64,000 nt of DNA from an uncultured Erysipelotrichaceae bacterium (GTDB lineage Bacteria; Bacillota_I; Bacilli_A; RFN20; CAG-826): contig CADAIJ010000007.1 of NCBI GenBank assembly GCA_902787955.1, positions 128,326 through 192,325 of the forward strand, in the 5' to 3' direction. Positions 29,386 to 38,713 of the stretch are shown here, piece after piece. The notes below the pieces were generated by a model, which made no database searches, was not told the origin of the DNA, and saw only the letters and a program-made list of their open reading frames with translations. Numbering within the stretch: the first letter of the stretch is position 1; each line of letters begins with the position of its first letter. The position numbers were made by a program, and so were the translations under genes.

Positions 29386-29985
29386 ATGAAGAGAAAATTA
29401 TCCGTTTTATTTATCTTTGGTCTTTTACTATGTTCATGCAATCAAAACATTGCAGAATTTAAAGAAGGCTTTTCATTTGAAAATCTTACAAACAATGATC
29501 CAGACGCAGATTTTATTATTGAAAGATCTTATGCAAATATCGCTCAAGCATCTCATATTAAGTATGCTGATGAGAGTTATACAAATGACTTAGCTTCAAA
29601 TGAAACAAAATACACTCAAAACATCGAAATATGGCTCTATTCTAATCCTCTTATTCACAAAATTACAAAGTTTAAACAAGAGTCAACTTCTAGCGGGGTT
29701 AATGCATCAAGAGAGACTGAAACAACAAATGTTTATCTTATAGATGAAGGTATGGAAACAGATTACACGCTGAGTGAAGGAATTTTAACAAAAAGTACCA
29801 CTACAGCGCCTGAAAATATAGAAAATTTTTATAGGCGTCCAGTTCCTCAAATAAATAAAAACTTTAGTGTATACAAAGATAAGAACGATTATGTATTGGT
29901 ATATTCTAGTGATAAAAAACAATCGCCTATGATGGCACTGGTTTTGAAAAAGAACGTATTACAATTAATAGGACTCAATACATAG
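29386..29985 (+). CDS. lipoprotein
   Basis: Signal peptide with lipobox LLLCSC. Confidence 0.5.
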   Translation: MKRKLSVLFIFGLLLCSCNQNIAEFKEGFSFENLTNNDPDADFIIERSYANIAQASHIKYADESYTNDLASNETKYTQNIEIWLYSNPLIHKITKFKQESTSSGVNASRETETTNVYLIDEGMETDYTLSEGILTKSTTTAPENIENFYRRPVPQINKNFSVYKDKNDYVLVYSSDKKQSPMMALVLKKNVLQLIGLNT

Positions 29986-30008
29986 CGAGAGTCAATAAGA
30001 ATTATCAA

Positions 30009-30536
30009 ATGTATAGCTACACTTCAATCGTAGAAGTTACGCAAAACTTTACAAAGGTAAGTGGCGAGTACTTTAAAGATATGAAATTATATTCATCTGC
30101 CAAATGCTCGATGGAACTTGAATATAAAGACAGAGTAAGAAATGATGATGTAGTTAATCAAATTACTAATTCAAGTTCAATAAAACAGATACCGGTTTGT
30201 AGCGTATTTTTTGCTGAATATAATAGTATCACTGACGTTTCTCCATATGTTTATAGAAACTATGGTCCAAAAGTAAATTATATCAATGAAAACGAATTCT
30301 TTGTTTCATTTGTTTTCAGTCACTCTTATCCATATTATTCACTAAATTTGAGAGTTTATGGGATTTTATCACCAGAAACAATGACTTCATTATATTTATA
30401 TGACGATTATAAAGTTAGTGAAGATTATAAAATGAAAAATAGAGGTAAGACGTATTTATCAGTCTCTTTTACATTAATTAGAGAAGTTAAAGGAAATAGC
30501 GAAATATTCAGCTACAAAGATCTTATTATTAGTTAA
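30009..30536 (+). CDS. hypothetical protein
   Basis: 175 aa; no motif. Confidence 0.4.
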   Translation: MYSYTSIVEVTQNFTKVSGEYFKDMKLYSSAKCSMELEYKDRVRNDDVVNQITNSSSIKQIPVCSVFFAEYNSITDVSPYVYRNYGPKVNYINENEFFVSFVFSHSYPYYSLNLRVYGILSPETMTSLYLYDDYKVSEDYKMKNRGKTYLSVSFTLIREVKGNSEIFSYKDLIIS

Positions 30537-30569
30537 TAGTCTTAATCATCTAATTAGTTGCGTAATAAA

Positions 30570-30603
30570 AGCCATCAAGAATCACTATCTTGGTGGCTGT
30601 TTA
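30570..30603. terminator. bidirectional intrinsic terminator between convergent genes
   Basis: AGCCATCAAGA-atcacta-TCTTGGTGGCT hairpin flanked by A and T runs. Confidence 0.5.
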
Positions 30604-30634
30604 CTATATATATGGTTTCTAACACTGAATTCAA

Positions 30635-31084
30635 TTAGTGTCTTTTCGCAAATTCCTTCTCGTATCTAACTCTATCGTTATCTGATACTTCTAACATTAT
30701 TTGGATTAATTCATTAGTGACATACTCTACTAACTCTTTAAATCTTTTAAGTTCTTTAATCTCTTCTTTATCTTTAATATCATGCTCATATAAAGCAGCT
30801 TCTCCGATTAAGGTAGGGAATAGTTCATATAGTTCATTTAAAGAAGCATTCATATAATCATCGATAATGTTTTCTTTATGCATGGTAACAGTTAAATCTT
30901 CCATCTCCCTTATATCAAATAGATACTGTTCCTTGTTATCTATATCAATACTAATAGGGGCATCCATATGATGGAGGTTATATAAATGCACGATATTATC
31001 AAAAAGGACGTAGTAGTCGGTGCGGATATCTGGTGGTAGTCTATTAAAGTCTTCGAATTCTTTTAAAGCGGCGAGATCAGGCAT
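30635..31084 (-). CDS. hypothetical protein
   Basis: 149 aa, acidic. Confidence 0.4.
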   Translation of the reverse strand: MPDLAALKEFEDFNRLPPDIRTDYYVLFDNIVHLYNLHHMDAPISIDIDNKEQYLFDIREMEDLTVTMHKENIIDDYMNASLNELYELFPTLIGEAALYEHDIKDKEEIKELKRFKELVEYVTNELIQIMLEVSDNDRVRYEKEFAKRH

Positions 31085-31459
31085 TTTAAAGTCCCCTTTC
31101 TTATTAGTAACTCTAAGAATATCTTAATGGTTTTTTGAAATAAAGTCACAAGAATGATTGATTTTATATTTTTTATTAAATAATAGACCAAGCAAACCCA
31201 TTTTCCGTCTTCTATATCTATATCCTTCTATCCCTATGTCAGGCTAGCTTCTTTAAAGCTTGAATGAATTGTTGAAATTTTGAATGAATTATCAATTAAC
31301 TGCTAGATTGGTGTTGATTTTTCGACTTCTATATGATTTTATAACTATGGAATTCACCCGTGGTAGCTCATGACTACCGCCTAGTGGGAATTCTTTTTAT
31401 TTATAATTTCCCAAATTTTATCAATATCATCAGGACATAATTTATAATCCTTTAAAATC

Positions 31460-31924
31460 TCACTTAGATATTCCTCTAATATCATTTCTTAAATATGAAT
31501 CTTCTTCCCAATTTTGGGGATTATAAATATTCTCATACCATTCAATAAAATCTTTTAGGCCACAAAATCTTTTAACATAGTGTGGTGCGCATCCTGCCGC
31601 AGTTATTCCAATGATATCAAAAGTATTAAGTGGGATAGAGAACACTAATAACTTAAAACCACCTGTGTAGTGTTTAATGCTATTAAAATCAACATCTCTT
31701 CCTGTGTGCTTTTTAAAGAACGCTCGTAATTGTTCCCCTGTTTCTTTGTCTTTAAAACCAAAGATTGCTTTTGTGATTTCAGTTTTTACTTGCATACTTA
31801 TTTCCTCCTTTACGTGCTTGCCTGCTTGCTTGCCTGCTTGCTTAAGCGTTCCATAAAGAAGAAAAGCTCCCATCGTTATGATAGGAGCAACTATATCTAG
31901 AATAATATTGTTCCCATCAACCAA
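31460..31924 (-). CDS. hypothetical protein (probably starts at a TTG or an internal ATG)
   Basis: ORF with an in-frame 12-nt tandem duplication encoding QAGKQAGK. Confidence 0.35.
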   Translation of the reverse strand: MVDGNNIILDIVAPIITMGAFLLYGTLKQAGKQAGKHVKEEISMQVKTEITKAIFGFKDKETGEQLRAFFKKHTGRDVDFNSIKHYTGGFKLLVFSIPLNTFDIIGITAAGCAPHYVKRFCGLKDFIEWYENIYNPQNWEEDSYLRNDIRGISK

Positions 31925-31939
31925 GCTTTAGCACTTTGC

Positions 31940-31984
31940 CTTATTTAATTAAGGTAAGTTGCTGGTGGGTCATAGGGCTTGTCC
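31940..31984. repeat. copy 3 (short, internally deleted) of the cassette-boundary repeat
   Basis: taattaagg...ttgctggtgggtcatagggcttgtcc aligns with the 3' part of the copies at 38559 and 45422. Confidence 0.5.
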
Positions 31985-32250
31985 CTCGCCACTCTCTTTA
32001 TGGTGATTTAATTATAATCTAAATTCCAAAATTAGTGGAATAGTTATTTCTTTAGTGTGATTTATGCTTTTTCTTTGATTTAAATAGGCTTGTGTCATTA
32101 CTCGTCATTAAGAGGTGAAACAGTTATTCAATCCTGACGTTTCTAGATGTATAATGGCAAATATGGTAATACGGTTTCACTTTTTGATTGGTAGTTTCAT
32201 TTTGTGCTCAAGCGGTTTCAAATGAAGAGGCTAGATAAGGATGATTATAA

Positions 32251-32280
32251 AGGCTACCCAGCAATTAAGTTGAGTAGCCT
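32251..32280 (-). terminator. intrinsic terminator of the helicase-MTase operon
   Basis: AGGCTAC-ccagcaattaagttga-GTAGCCT hairpin immediately after the stop at 32284. Confidence 0.45.
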
Positions 32281-32283
32281 ACT

Positions 32284-33066
32284 TTATTGTCTAAACCTTG
32301 AATAAGACAATTTTTGAACACGACATTTTTCTTTATAGTCTTCTGTTTTAAAATATTCTTCGTCTATTCCTACTTTAGCTAAAGGAAGAAAGCAATTGCT
32401 ATAATACTTAGGAAAAGGAGTATAATCACAAGTATCAGCGCAAACAATTCTATTACTATTTTTCCCTGGTAGGCTTCCCATTCTCAAGCGGACTTGCCTT
32501 ATTGATAATTTTCTAAATCCTTTTTCAAAGAAAAGGAAGTTTACACCACCAGGATTAGCGACAGATTTGTAAGCTAAACAATCAGGTCTTAATTCTATTA
32601 TTTCATTAATAACTTCTGTTTCTTCTTCGTTTAGGGTAATTCCTTCTTCGTTTTTCTTTAATATTTCATGAAAGGAGATATCTCTACCGTCAATAATAAT
32701 TAAGGGCTCACTATTATCTATAATAGGGAATGTGCTGGTTGCATCATCATACGCCCAAAAAGTAATAATATTATTCAATGACCCATGTTTCTTAATTTCT
32801 TTTCTTGCAGTATCTATTGAATCCGCCCAATAAGATAATTTTTGACCTGGAAAAAGAGTAGAGTATCTATTGTTAATATTAGATAATCTCAAATTTCCTT
32901 CGTTTAATTTAAATACGCTTTTGCCATAAAATGATGGATTGAATTCAACACATCTAAAAAAGTCAAATTCGTCGGTAACATATACAGGCAATCTGTTATG
33001 TTTGAAAATCTCTCTTCCCCAGTCTTGATTTGGAAATAATGGTGCATTAATTTTCCTTCCACTCAT
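32284..33066 (-). CDS. hypothetical protein, possibly RES-domain-like
   Basis: The segment NNRYSTLFPGQKLSYWADSIDTARKE resembles the RES-domain R...S...E core; weak. Confidence 0.3.
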   Translation of the reverse strand: MSGRKINAPLFPNQDWGREIFKHNRLPVYVTDEFDFFRCVEFNPSFYGKSVFKLNEGNLRLSNINNRYSTLFPGQKLSYWADSIDTARKEIKKHGSLNNIITFWAYDDATSTFPIIDNSEPLIIIDGRDISFHEILKKNEEGITLNEEETEVINEIIELRPDCLAYKSVANPGGVNFLFFEKGFRKLSIRQVRLRMGSLPGKNSNRIVCADTCDYTPFPKYYSNCFLPLAKVGIDEEYFKTEDYKEKCRVQKLSYSRFRQ

Positions 33067-33068
33067 TT

Positions 33069-36000
33069 TTACTTAACCATGTCCTCAGAAGTTTTTTCAA
33101 TGAACAATATTTCTTCATCGCTTAAACCGTACTTGCTATAAAGTTGCTTATCAATTTCAGAAACTGATTTATCCCATTGAATTTCTGAGTTATTAGAAAA
33201 ATCTAGTAATGGAATGTTTGCCCAAGTATCTTTAGGATTGTTTTGCGTAACTTTGAGTGTTCCCAGCATAAATCTTAAAAACTTTGTGTAAATATATTTT
33301 TCAAAATTTTTAGCTTCGATTTCAGTATTAAAATTACCAATGCTCATAAATGTTTGGGTATGACATTCATTTGGCTTAGCAACAATTGGCTTACTTAATT
33401 GTTCACCTAATTTTCCACTTCCATTTGCACCTGTTATAAAAACTTTATAATGATTTAAATTATCGTTTTCCCTAACATATTTATTCGCAATAAATTTCCA
33501 TGTACGTTGATTATTTTGTCTGCCACAAACTCTAATATCATCTTTATTTACTTGAGATTCAGAAAATACTTTTGGCATTTTTTCAAAAATACTAGCATCA
33601 ACTATTAGTTCGTTTCCTTTTGTAAACGTTCCGATATACTCAGGAAAATCTTTATAAATAATACTCTCAAGATTATATGTACTTTTTGGAAATGCTATAG
33701 AGTCAATAAAAACATCTGTTTTTTTTCTAACCTTTTCAATAATATTCTTAGTAATAGGATTTTCAGTGAAATGAACAATCGGGCCTATTTTTCTACTTTT
33801 ATCCATCAATGTTACCGCAACACCGCCTTTTATTTCGGCTGTAGGGAAAACAACACGTGAATCACTAAAGTAATCAATTACAGAAAAATGCTCATCATTC
33901 AACATTTTGATATTCCATTCTGCAGGAGTTTGTCCGGCATTGAATAAAAATCTTGCAGGGCTAATTAATGTAACTAAGTTTGAAATCGAAAATGAAGCCT
34001 GATAGAAATAATGATAAATAGGATTTTTTCTGTTATTATTTATTTCTTCTTGATATGGTGGATTGCCTACTATTGCATTGAATTTCATTTGCCCATGACC
34101 TCCTAAATTCCAGAATGATGGTTTTAATACTTTTTGTATAAATTGTGCTTGCTTATCTTTTAATTGCATTACTAAATCATCAAAAGAATGCATATTTGTT
34201 TTTCCATTTCTATAGCCAAGCAATGTTCTTTTAGTAATAAGTTTTGCCATTGGCGTTTTACAAATAACGAACACTTGATTCTTAACGACGTTATCCCAAT
34301 ATTCAACTTTCTTTTCAAAACTTATATCGTCTAAATTCTTAATCGCTTCTCTATATAAGGAATAAGTTACATATAGTGGATATAAACCTGTTTTTGAATT
34401 GATTTCAAGTATTTTTGCTTCTTTAGTAAACACTTTATTTGTAACATCAATTTGGTCAACAAATCTTGGTTCTTCTATCATGTTGTTATGAGATTCATCA
34501 AAGAAATCATAGCCACCAATAGTGTCTGACATATGCATATTCACAACACGCCATGGTGTCAAAACTGTTTCTTTATCAGGATTCTTAAATGTTGCAAATA
34601 ATGATGCAATTTTCTTTACTCTTTCAGTAGGTTCTAGTTCATCAGCTGTTTTAGCAATGTATCTTATTCTTCTACTTGCAGCTACAAAAATGTCTTTATC
34701 ATAATACTTAGAAAATTTTTTAAATGTTGCTTTATCTACGCCAGCAGGCATAAATTCATTCCAAGATGTATCATCAACTAAATCAGCAAAATTATCAATT
34801 GTGACATCTGCTTCAATATCGATATTCATACCATAAACTAGAAGAGGCATTCTAATAGAAATAGCTCTTAAAATAGATATAGCTGAATCGCGATTCTTTT
34901 TCTTTTCTTTTAATTCAGCAAGACGTTTCTTTTCTTCTTCAGTTAATTCTTGCTTTTTCTTTTTCTCTTTTAGTTTCTTTTCTTCTTCGGTTTCTTCCTC
35001 ATCAAAGCCTTCTTTATTAATATCAATATCTCCAGCTTTTTTAGTTTGCTTAGAAGCACCAACTATCTTTTTTAAGTTTTCGAATTCTTTTAATTCAACT
35101 TCAGTTAATTTTAGTAGCTCATCATTATAGATTTTAGGATCATCAAAGCCATTTCTAGCGACTCTTTCAGCATAAGCTTTCTTCAACTCTTGCAGCAACT
35201 CAGCAACTTGATATTCTTTCATATTAGAATCTTCAATTGCTATAACAGGGCAATAATTCAAGAACTTGGAAAGAGATAATTCAGCAACACTATTGTTTGC
35301 TCCTGCTCTTGCTGAAAGCTGTACCGATTCAGCTACCATCTTTAATGTACGATCTGGAGCAAAATCAAATACAAAGCATTCTGCCTTTATCTTGCCATTG
35401 ATATTTGCAGGAGATTGAACTCTAAAAATTGTTTGAAGATATTGGCTAGCTGCAGTCGAGTATGTGCCAGCAAGCATTAAAACTGCTGTCCATTCAGGAA
35501 CAGTAACTCCAGTAGTTAATCTTCCACAAGATAAAGTAATAGTTCTAGTATCTTCTGGGTGGTCTGTCATTTTTTCTTTTAACGCTTTTAAAGCATCAGA
35601 AGTATCAATTTCTTCTCCACCATCACCAGCAACATTAACAACAGCAAATTCTTTTAATATATGATGATTCTTTATTAGTTTTTCCAAAGCTTTAGCTTCT
35701 TTAACGCCAGGAACTACCCATAAAGAATGCCTAAAGTAATCTCTATATTCATCGGTTGAATAAGGATAATTTGTATCATCACTTTTTTTACATATTAAAT
35801 CTAAAAAGGCTTTTACATCTTGTTCATGAACAAAATCACCAGCTTTTACTCCGTTAGGTACTTTCTTGCCATCTTTTTCAATATCACCTGTCCAAATTCT
35901 AAAGAATTCTCTAAAGTTAAATGCCTTATCCATTACATCGATATATACTGGAAGACTCTTCTCAAGATGATAAGTAAATATATTCATTTTTGGAAGTTCC

Positions 36001-37082
36001 TCATACGGGTTAGAATCACCAAAATGGTTTTGGTCCCATAATGTTTTGGCTTCTTGTTCCATAATATAATCCCATGTATAAATGGATTCCTGTTCAAAAT
36101 CAGTTAGCAAGTTAAATGGTGTTCCTGATAATTCTAGAACGTGTGTTTTATATTCATCATTAGGTTTAATAACTGCTTCTAATACATTTTTACCAAGTTG
36201 TGTTTGAGTTCCTTCGTGTGCTTCATCGACAACAACAAAGTCCCAGTTTGTCTTAAACACATCATCATTCTTATCAAAGTTCCCACCAACAGCATCACTA
36301 CCACGTAAATCTTGCATAGAAGCAAAATAAACAAAAGAAAGTCCAGCTTTTTCTAGTTCTTTGATGGATTTATGGCCATCTTTTTTAGAGCCAAATGCAT
36401 AATTTGGTTTATCGTAAAAAATTTTACCAAAATCCTCGAACCAGCCATCACTTACTACTGGTCTATGAGTAATAATTATTGTTCTCTTAAATTCCATCTC
36501 TTTAGCCACTTCTAAAGCAGTTAAAGTTTTTCCAAAACGCATCTTAGCATTCCAAAGCATTCTATTATCCGTCTTGTATCTGAAAATGGTCTTTTTAATG
36601 GCTTCTTTTTGTTCTGGCCTAAATATAATAGGATTTTTATTACTCGTCATTTGTGATGAATTTAATGCAGTGTTTCCAGCCTTTACAGCTGCAATAGCAT
36701 TCTTTGCTGTATTTAAATCACATTCAAACCACTCATTTGGCTTTTTATTGAATTCAAATGTTTTCTTTTTTATACCAGAGCGGATTAAAACTTCATGTAC
36801 TTTATAGTCTCTAAATGCTTTAACTTTTCCATCTTTATTGTAGACAGCAATTTCAGTATGAATTAAATCATAATTAATTGCAGCGGTTGCTGTATATGAG
36901 TCTATTCTTTTTCTGGCTGCATAATTTAAATCATGGCAATTTGGAGCAAAGCTAGAATAAGGCTTATCAGTATGAATTGTAGCATCACCAATCTTTAAGC
37001 ACCCTGCGTGTTGCTTATCATTAATTCTAAATATATAAATAAGTTTATATTCAAATGTTGAATTGAATTTTATTGAACACAT
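33069..37082 (-). CDS. single-polypeptide restriction-modification-like enzyme: T5orf172/GIY-YIG-like domain + SF2 (res-subunit-type) helicase + coiled-coil linker + gamma-class N6-adenine methyltransferase + C-terminal target-recognition-like region
   Basis: N-terminus YKLIYIFR...LKIGDAT...EWFECDL fits the T5orf172 pattern. Walker A GKT and DEAH-box FVVVDEAHEG. A charged coiled coil EEETEEEKKLKEKKKKQ. MTase motif I-like KILEINSKTGLY and motif IV AIVGNPPYQ. Confidence 0.7.
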   Translation of the reverse strand: MCSIKFNSTFEYKLIYIFRINDKQHAGCLKIGDATIHTDKPYSSFAPNCHDLNYAARKRIDSYTATAAINYDLIHTEIAVYNKDGKVKAFRDYKVHEVLIRSGIKKKTFEFNKKPNEWFECDLNTAKNAIAAVKAGNTALNSSQMTSNKNPIIFRPEQKEAIKKTIFRYKTDNRMLWNAKMRFGKTLTALEVAKEMEFKRTIIITHRPVVSDGWFEDFGKIFYDKPNYAFGSKKDGHKSIKELEKAGLSFVYFASMQDLRGSDAVGGNFDKNDDVFKTNWDFVVVDEAHEGTQTQLGKNVLEAVIKPNDEYKTHVLELSGTPFNLLTDFEQESIYTWDYIMEQEAKTLWDQNHFGDSNPYEELPKMNIFTYHLEKSLPVYIDVMDKAFNFREFFRIWTGDIEKDGKKVPNGVKAGDFVHEQDVKAFLDLICKKSDDTNYPYSTDEYRDYFRHSLWVVPGVKEAKALEKLIKNHHILKEFAVVNVAGDGGEEIDTSDALKALKEKMTDHPEDTRTITLSCGRLTTGVTVPEWTAVLMLAGTYSTAASQYLQTIFRVQSPANINGKIKAECFVFDFAPDRTLKMVAESVQLSARAGANNSVAELSLSKFLNYCPVIAIEDSNMKEYQVAELLQELKKAYAERVARNGFDDPKIYNDELLKLTEVELKEFENLKKIVGASKQTKKAGDIDINKEGFDEEETEEEKKLKEKKKKQELTEEEKKRLAELKEKKKNRDSAISILRAISIRMPLLVYGMNIDIEADVTIDNFADLVDDTSWNEFMPAGVDKATFKKFSKYYDKDIFVAASRRIRYIAKTADELEPTERVKKIASLFATFKNPDKETVLTPWRVVNMHMSDTIGGYDFFDESHNNMIEEPRFVDQIDVTNKVFTKEAKILEINSKTGLYPLYVTYSLYREAIKNLDDISFEKKVEYWDNVVKNQVFVICKTPMAKLITKRTLLGYRNGKTNMHSFDDLVMQLKDKQAQFIQKVLKPSFWNLGGHGQMKFNAIVGNPPYQEEINNNRKNPIYHYFYQASFSISNLVTLISPARFLFNAGQTPAEWNIKMLNDEHFSVIDYFSDSRVVFPTAEIKGGVAVTLMDKSRKIGPIVHFTENPITKNIIEKVRKKTDVFIDSIAFPKSTYNLESIIYKDFPEYIGTFTKGNELIVDASIFEKMPKVFSESQVNKDDIRVCGRQNNQRTWKFIANKYVRENDNLNHYKVFITGANGSGKLGEQLSKPIVAKPNECHTQTFMSIGNFNTEIEAKNFEKYIYTKFLRFMLGTLKVTQNNPKDTWANIPLLDFSNNSEIQWDKSVSEIDKQLYSKYGLSDEEILFIEKTSEDMVK

Positions 37083-38059
37083 AAGGTATACCCCCTAGCT
37101 AGTAAATCTACATATCTTACTTTTTTATTCTTTTCCCAATCCATTATCTTTGCATATATGCCGTTATGCTGATATACATCGCCTTTAGCACAACCTATGC
37201 ATCCATTTTCTTGTACATCTTCTTCGCCAAACAAGTTTATTTGAACTATTCTTTCTACTTGACAAGATTCAGGTATAACGCATTTAATTCCATCCATTTG
37301 CCATAAATTCCAAGAAATAATAGTTGCAACTTCAATCATTAAATCTTGAGATGGAAGCTCATTTAATTTTGCATAGTAATACTCAAAATAACTAAATAGG
37401 ACATTTTCTCGTGCAAGTAATAAATTATCTCCTTGCCATTCATAACCATATGTTGCTTTTAAGGCTTCTAAAGAATATTTTACCCAGTCCTCTTTATTAT
37501 TAGTATTCTCATTAACGACTCTTAACTTTCTATCTAAAAGACCTACTCTATCCTTTAAATCAATTCTATTACCAGTAACAGTATCATAACGACTAACAAT
37601 ATAAGGGGCTTCACCACATGTTATTTCCATTCTTATATCTTTAACATAGTCTATCCACGTTTTGCCTTCTGGATACTCAATTTTAGATTCAGTAGATTTC
37701 CATGTATTATTATCTAGCTCCTCATTGAAGACACCTGTTTTATTAAACCATGCATTATCAATTAAATTGTTTTGTTTATTACACATCCAAGATGGTGTAA
37801 ATACTTCAGCATTATCTTTAGATCTCTTTGATTGTTCGGTTTTTGATTTTTGGCTTCTGGGTTTAATGAAATTCTTTTCACCAATAATAAAAGGTGACAT
37901 GTTTTCTTTAAATCTATATCCTTTTCTTTTATATGAGTCAGTAGCCCAAATAATATTTTTTCTAGTTGTATTATCTATCAAAAGTAAATCCAGAATCTTT
38001 GGATAATTTTCTAATAGGTATTTTTCATTGATGTCAATTGAATCCAAAAATTCCATCAT
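37070..38059 (-). CDS. hypothetical protein co-transcribed with the helicase-MTase (contains an EVFTP-type motif-X-like string but no NPPY)
   Basis: 329 aa; AEVFTPSWMCNKQNNLID; overlaps both the upstream HTH gene and the downstream giant gene. Confidence 0.4.
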   Translation of the reverse strand: MMEFLDSIDINEKYLLENYPKILDLLLIDNTTRKNIIWATDSYKRKGYRFKENMSPFIIGEKNFIKPRSQKSKTEQSKRSKDNAEVFTPSWMCNKQNNLIDNAWFNKTGVFNEELDNNTWKSTESKIEYPEGKTWIDYVKDIRMEITCGEAPYIVSRYDTVTGNRIDLKDRVGLLDRKLRVVNENTNNKEDWVKYSLEALKATYGYEWQGDNLLLARENVLFSYFEYYYAKLNELPSQDLMIEVATIISWNLWQMDGIKCVIPESCQVERIVQINLFGEEDVQENGCIGCAKGDVYQHNGIYAKIMDWEKNKKVRYVDLLARGYTLCVQ

Positions 38060-38250
38060 TATTCCTCCACTTCAATTTTATATTTTTCTAAATAAGGCAT
38101 TAACATTCTTTTAATTTTCATAGTTGGTTCATGCGTTCCCGCTTCCCATCTATTAACAGTACCGAAAGTCACACCAAAAAGTGCTCCAAATTCAGTCTGA
38201 GTTAAACACATTTTTAATCTAACTTTTTTTATAGCTTCATTATATTTCAT
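38059..38250 (-). CDS. XRE-family HTH protein (controller-like)
   Basis: LTQTEFGALFGVTFGTVNRWEAG is an HTH_3 motif; first gene of the operon; a TATAAT lies about 30 nt upstream. Confidence 0.6.
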   Translation of the reverse strand: MKYNEAIKKVRLKMCLTQTEFGALFGVTFGTVNRWEAGTHEPTMKIKRMLMPYLEKYKIEVEE

Positions 38251-38558
38251 TGTTAAAAAGCCTCATTTCATAAATATGTTAATATTATATCATCTTTTAA
38301 TCATTTTTGCTATTGTTAAGAGTTAATTTCTTCCTTAATATCTTTTTATTACTTCAAGTACTGGTCCAAACATAACTGGATCTAATGCATCGCAAAGCCA
38401 AGTTTATGTAATTCTTTTATCATATTTTCATTCATAAAGTTAAAACCATATGCATACCATTTGGGTCACCTCAATTTTAAATAATTGTGAACAGCGAATT
38501 TTGGCAGATACTATAAAAATGAATCTATAGATAATATTTCTATTATAAATACACAAGT

Positions 38559-38658
38559 TGCGCACATTTCTTATCCTCATACCTATACAAATAATGCCCC
38601 TATAATTAAGTACAGCATTGGAGCCCAGTGTAGTCGCCTTGCTGATGGCTAGGGCTTG
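38559..38658. repeat. copy 1 of the ~100-nt cassette-boundary repeat
   Basis: About 85% identical to 45422..45523. Differences are compensatory within predicted hairpins: GCC/GGC versus CACC/GGTG, and GCCC/GGGC versus CCCAG/CTGGG. Confidence 0.65.
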
Positions 38659-38713
38659 TGAAAATATTAAGAGGATATGCAACCAATCAAATTATCAGTG
38701 ACTGATTGGATTT

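Noticed and set aside
37070-38059. Second methyltransferase (from the EVFTP motif-X-like string)
   Set aside because: The protein lacks an FxGxG SAM-binding motif and any (N/D)PP(Y/F) catalytic motif, so an active MTase call is not supported.
38440-38682. 80-aa ORF overlapping boundary-repeat copy 1
   Set aside because: The ORF is an artefact of the repeat sequence. It has no RBS and an implausible, Ile/Arg-rich composition.
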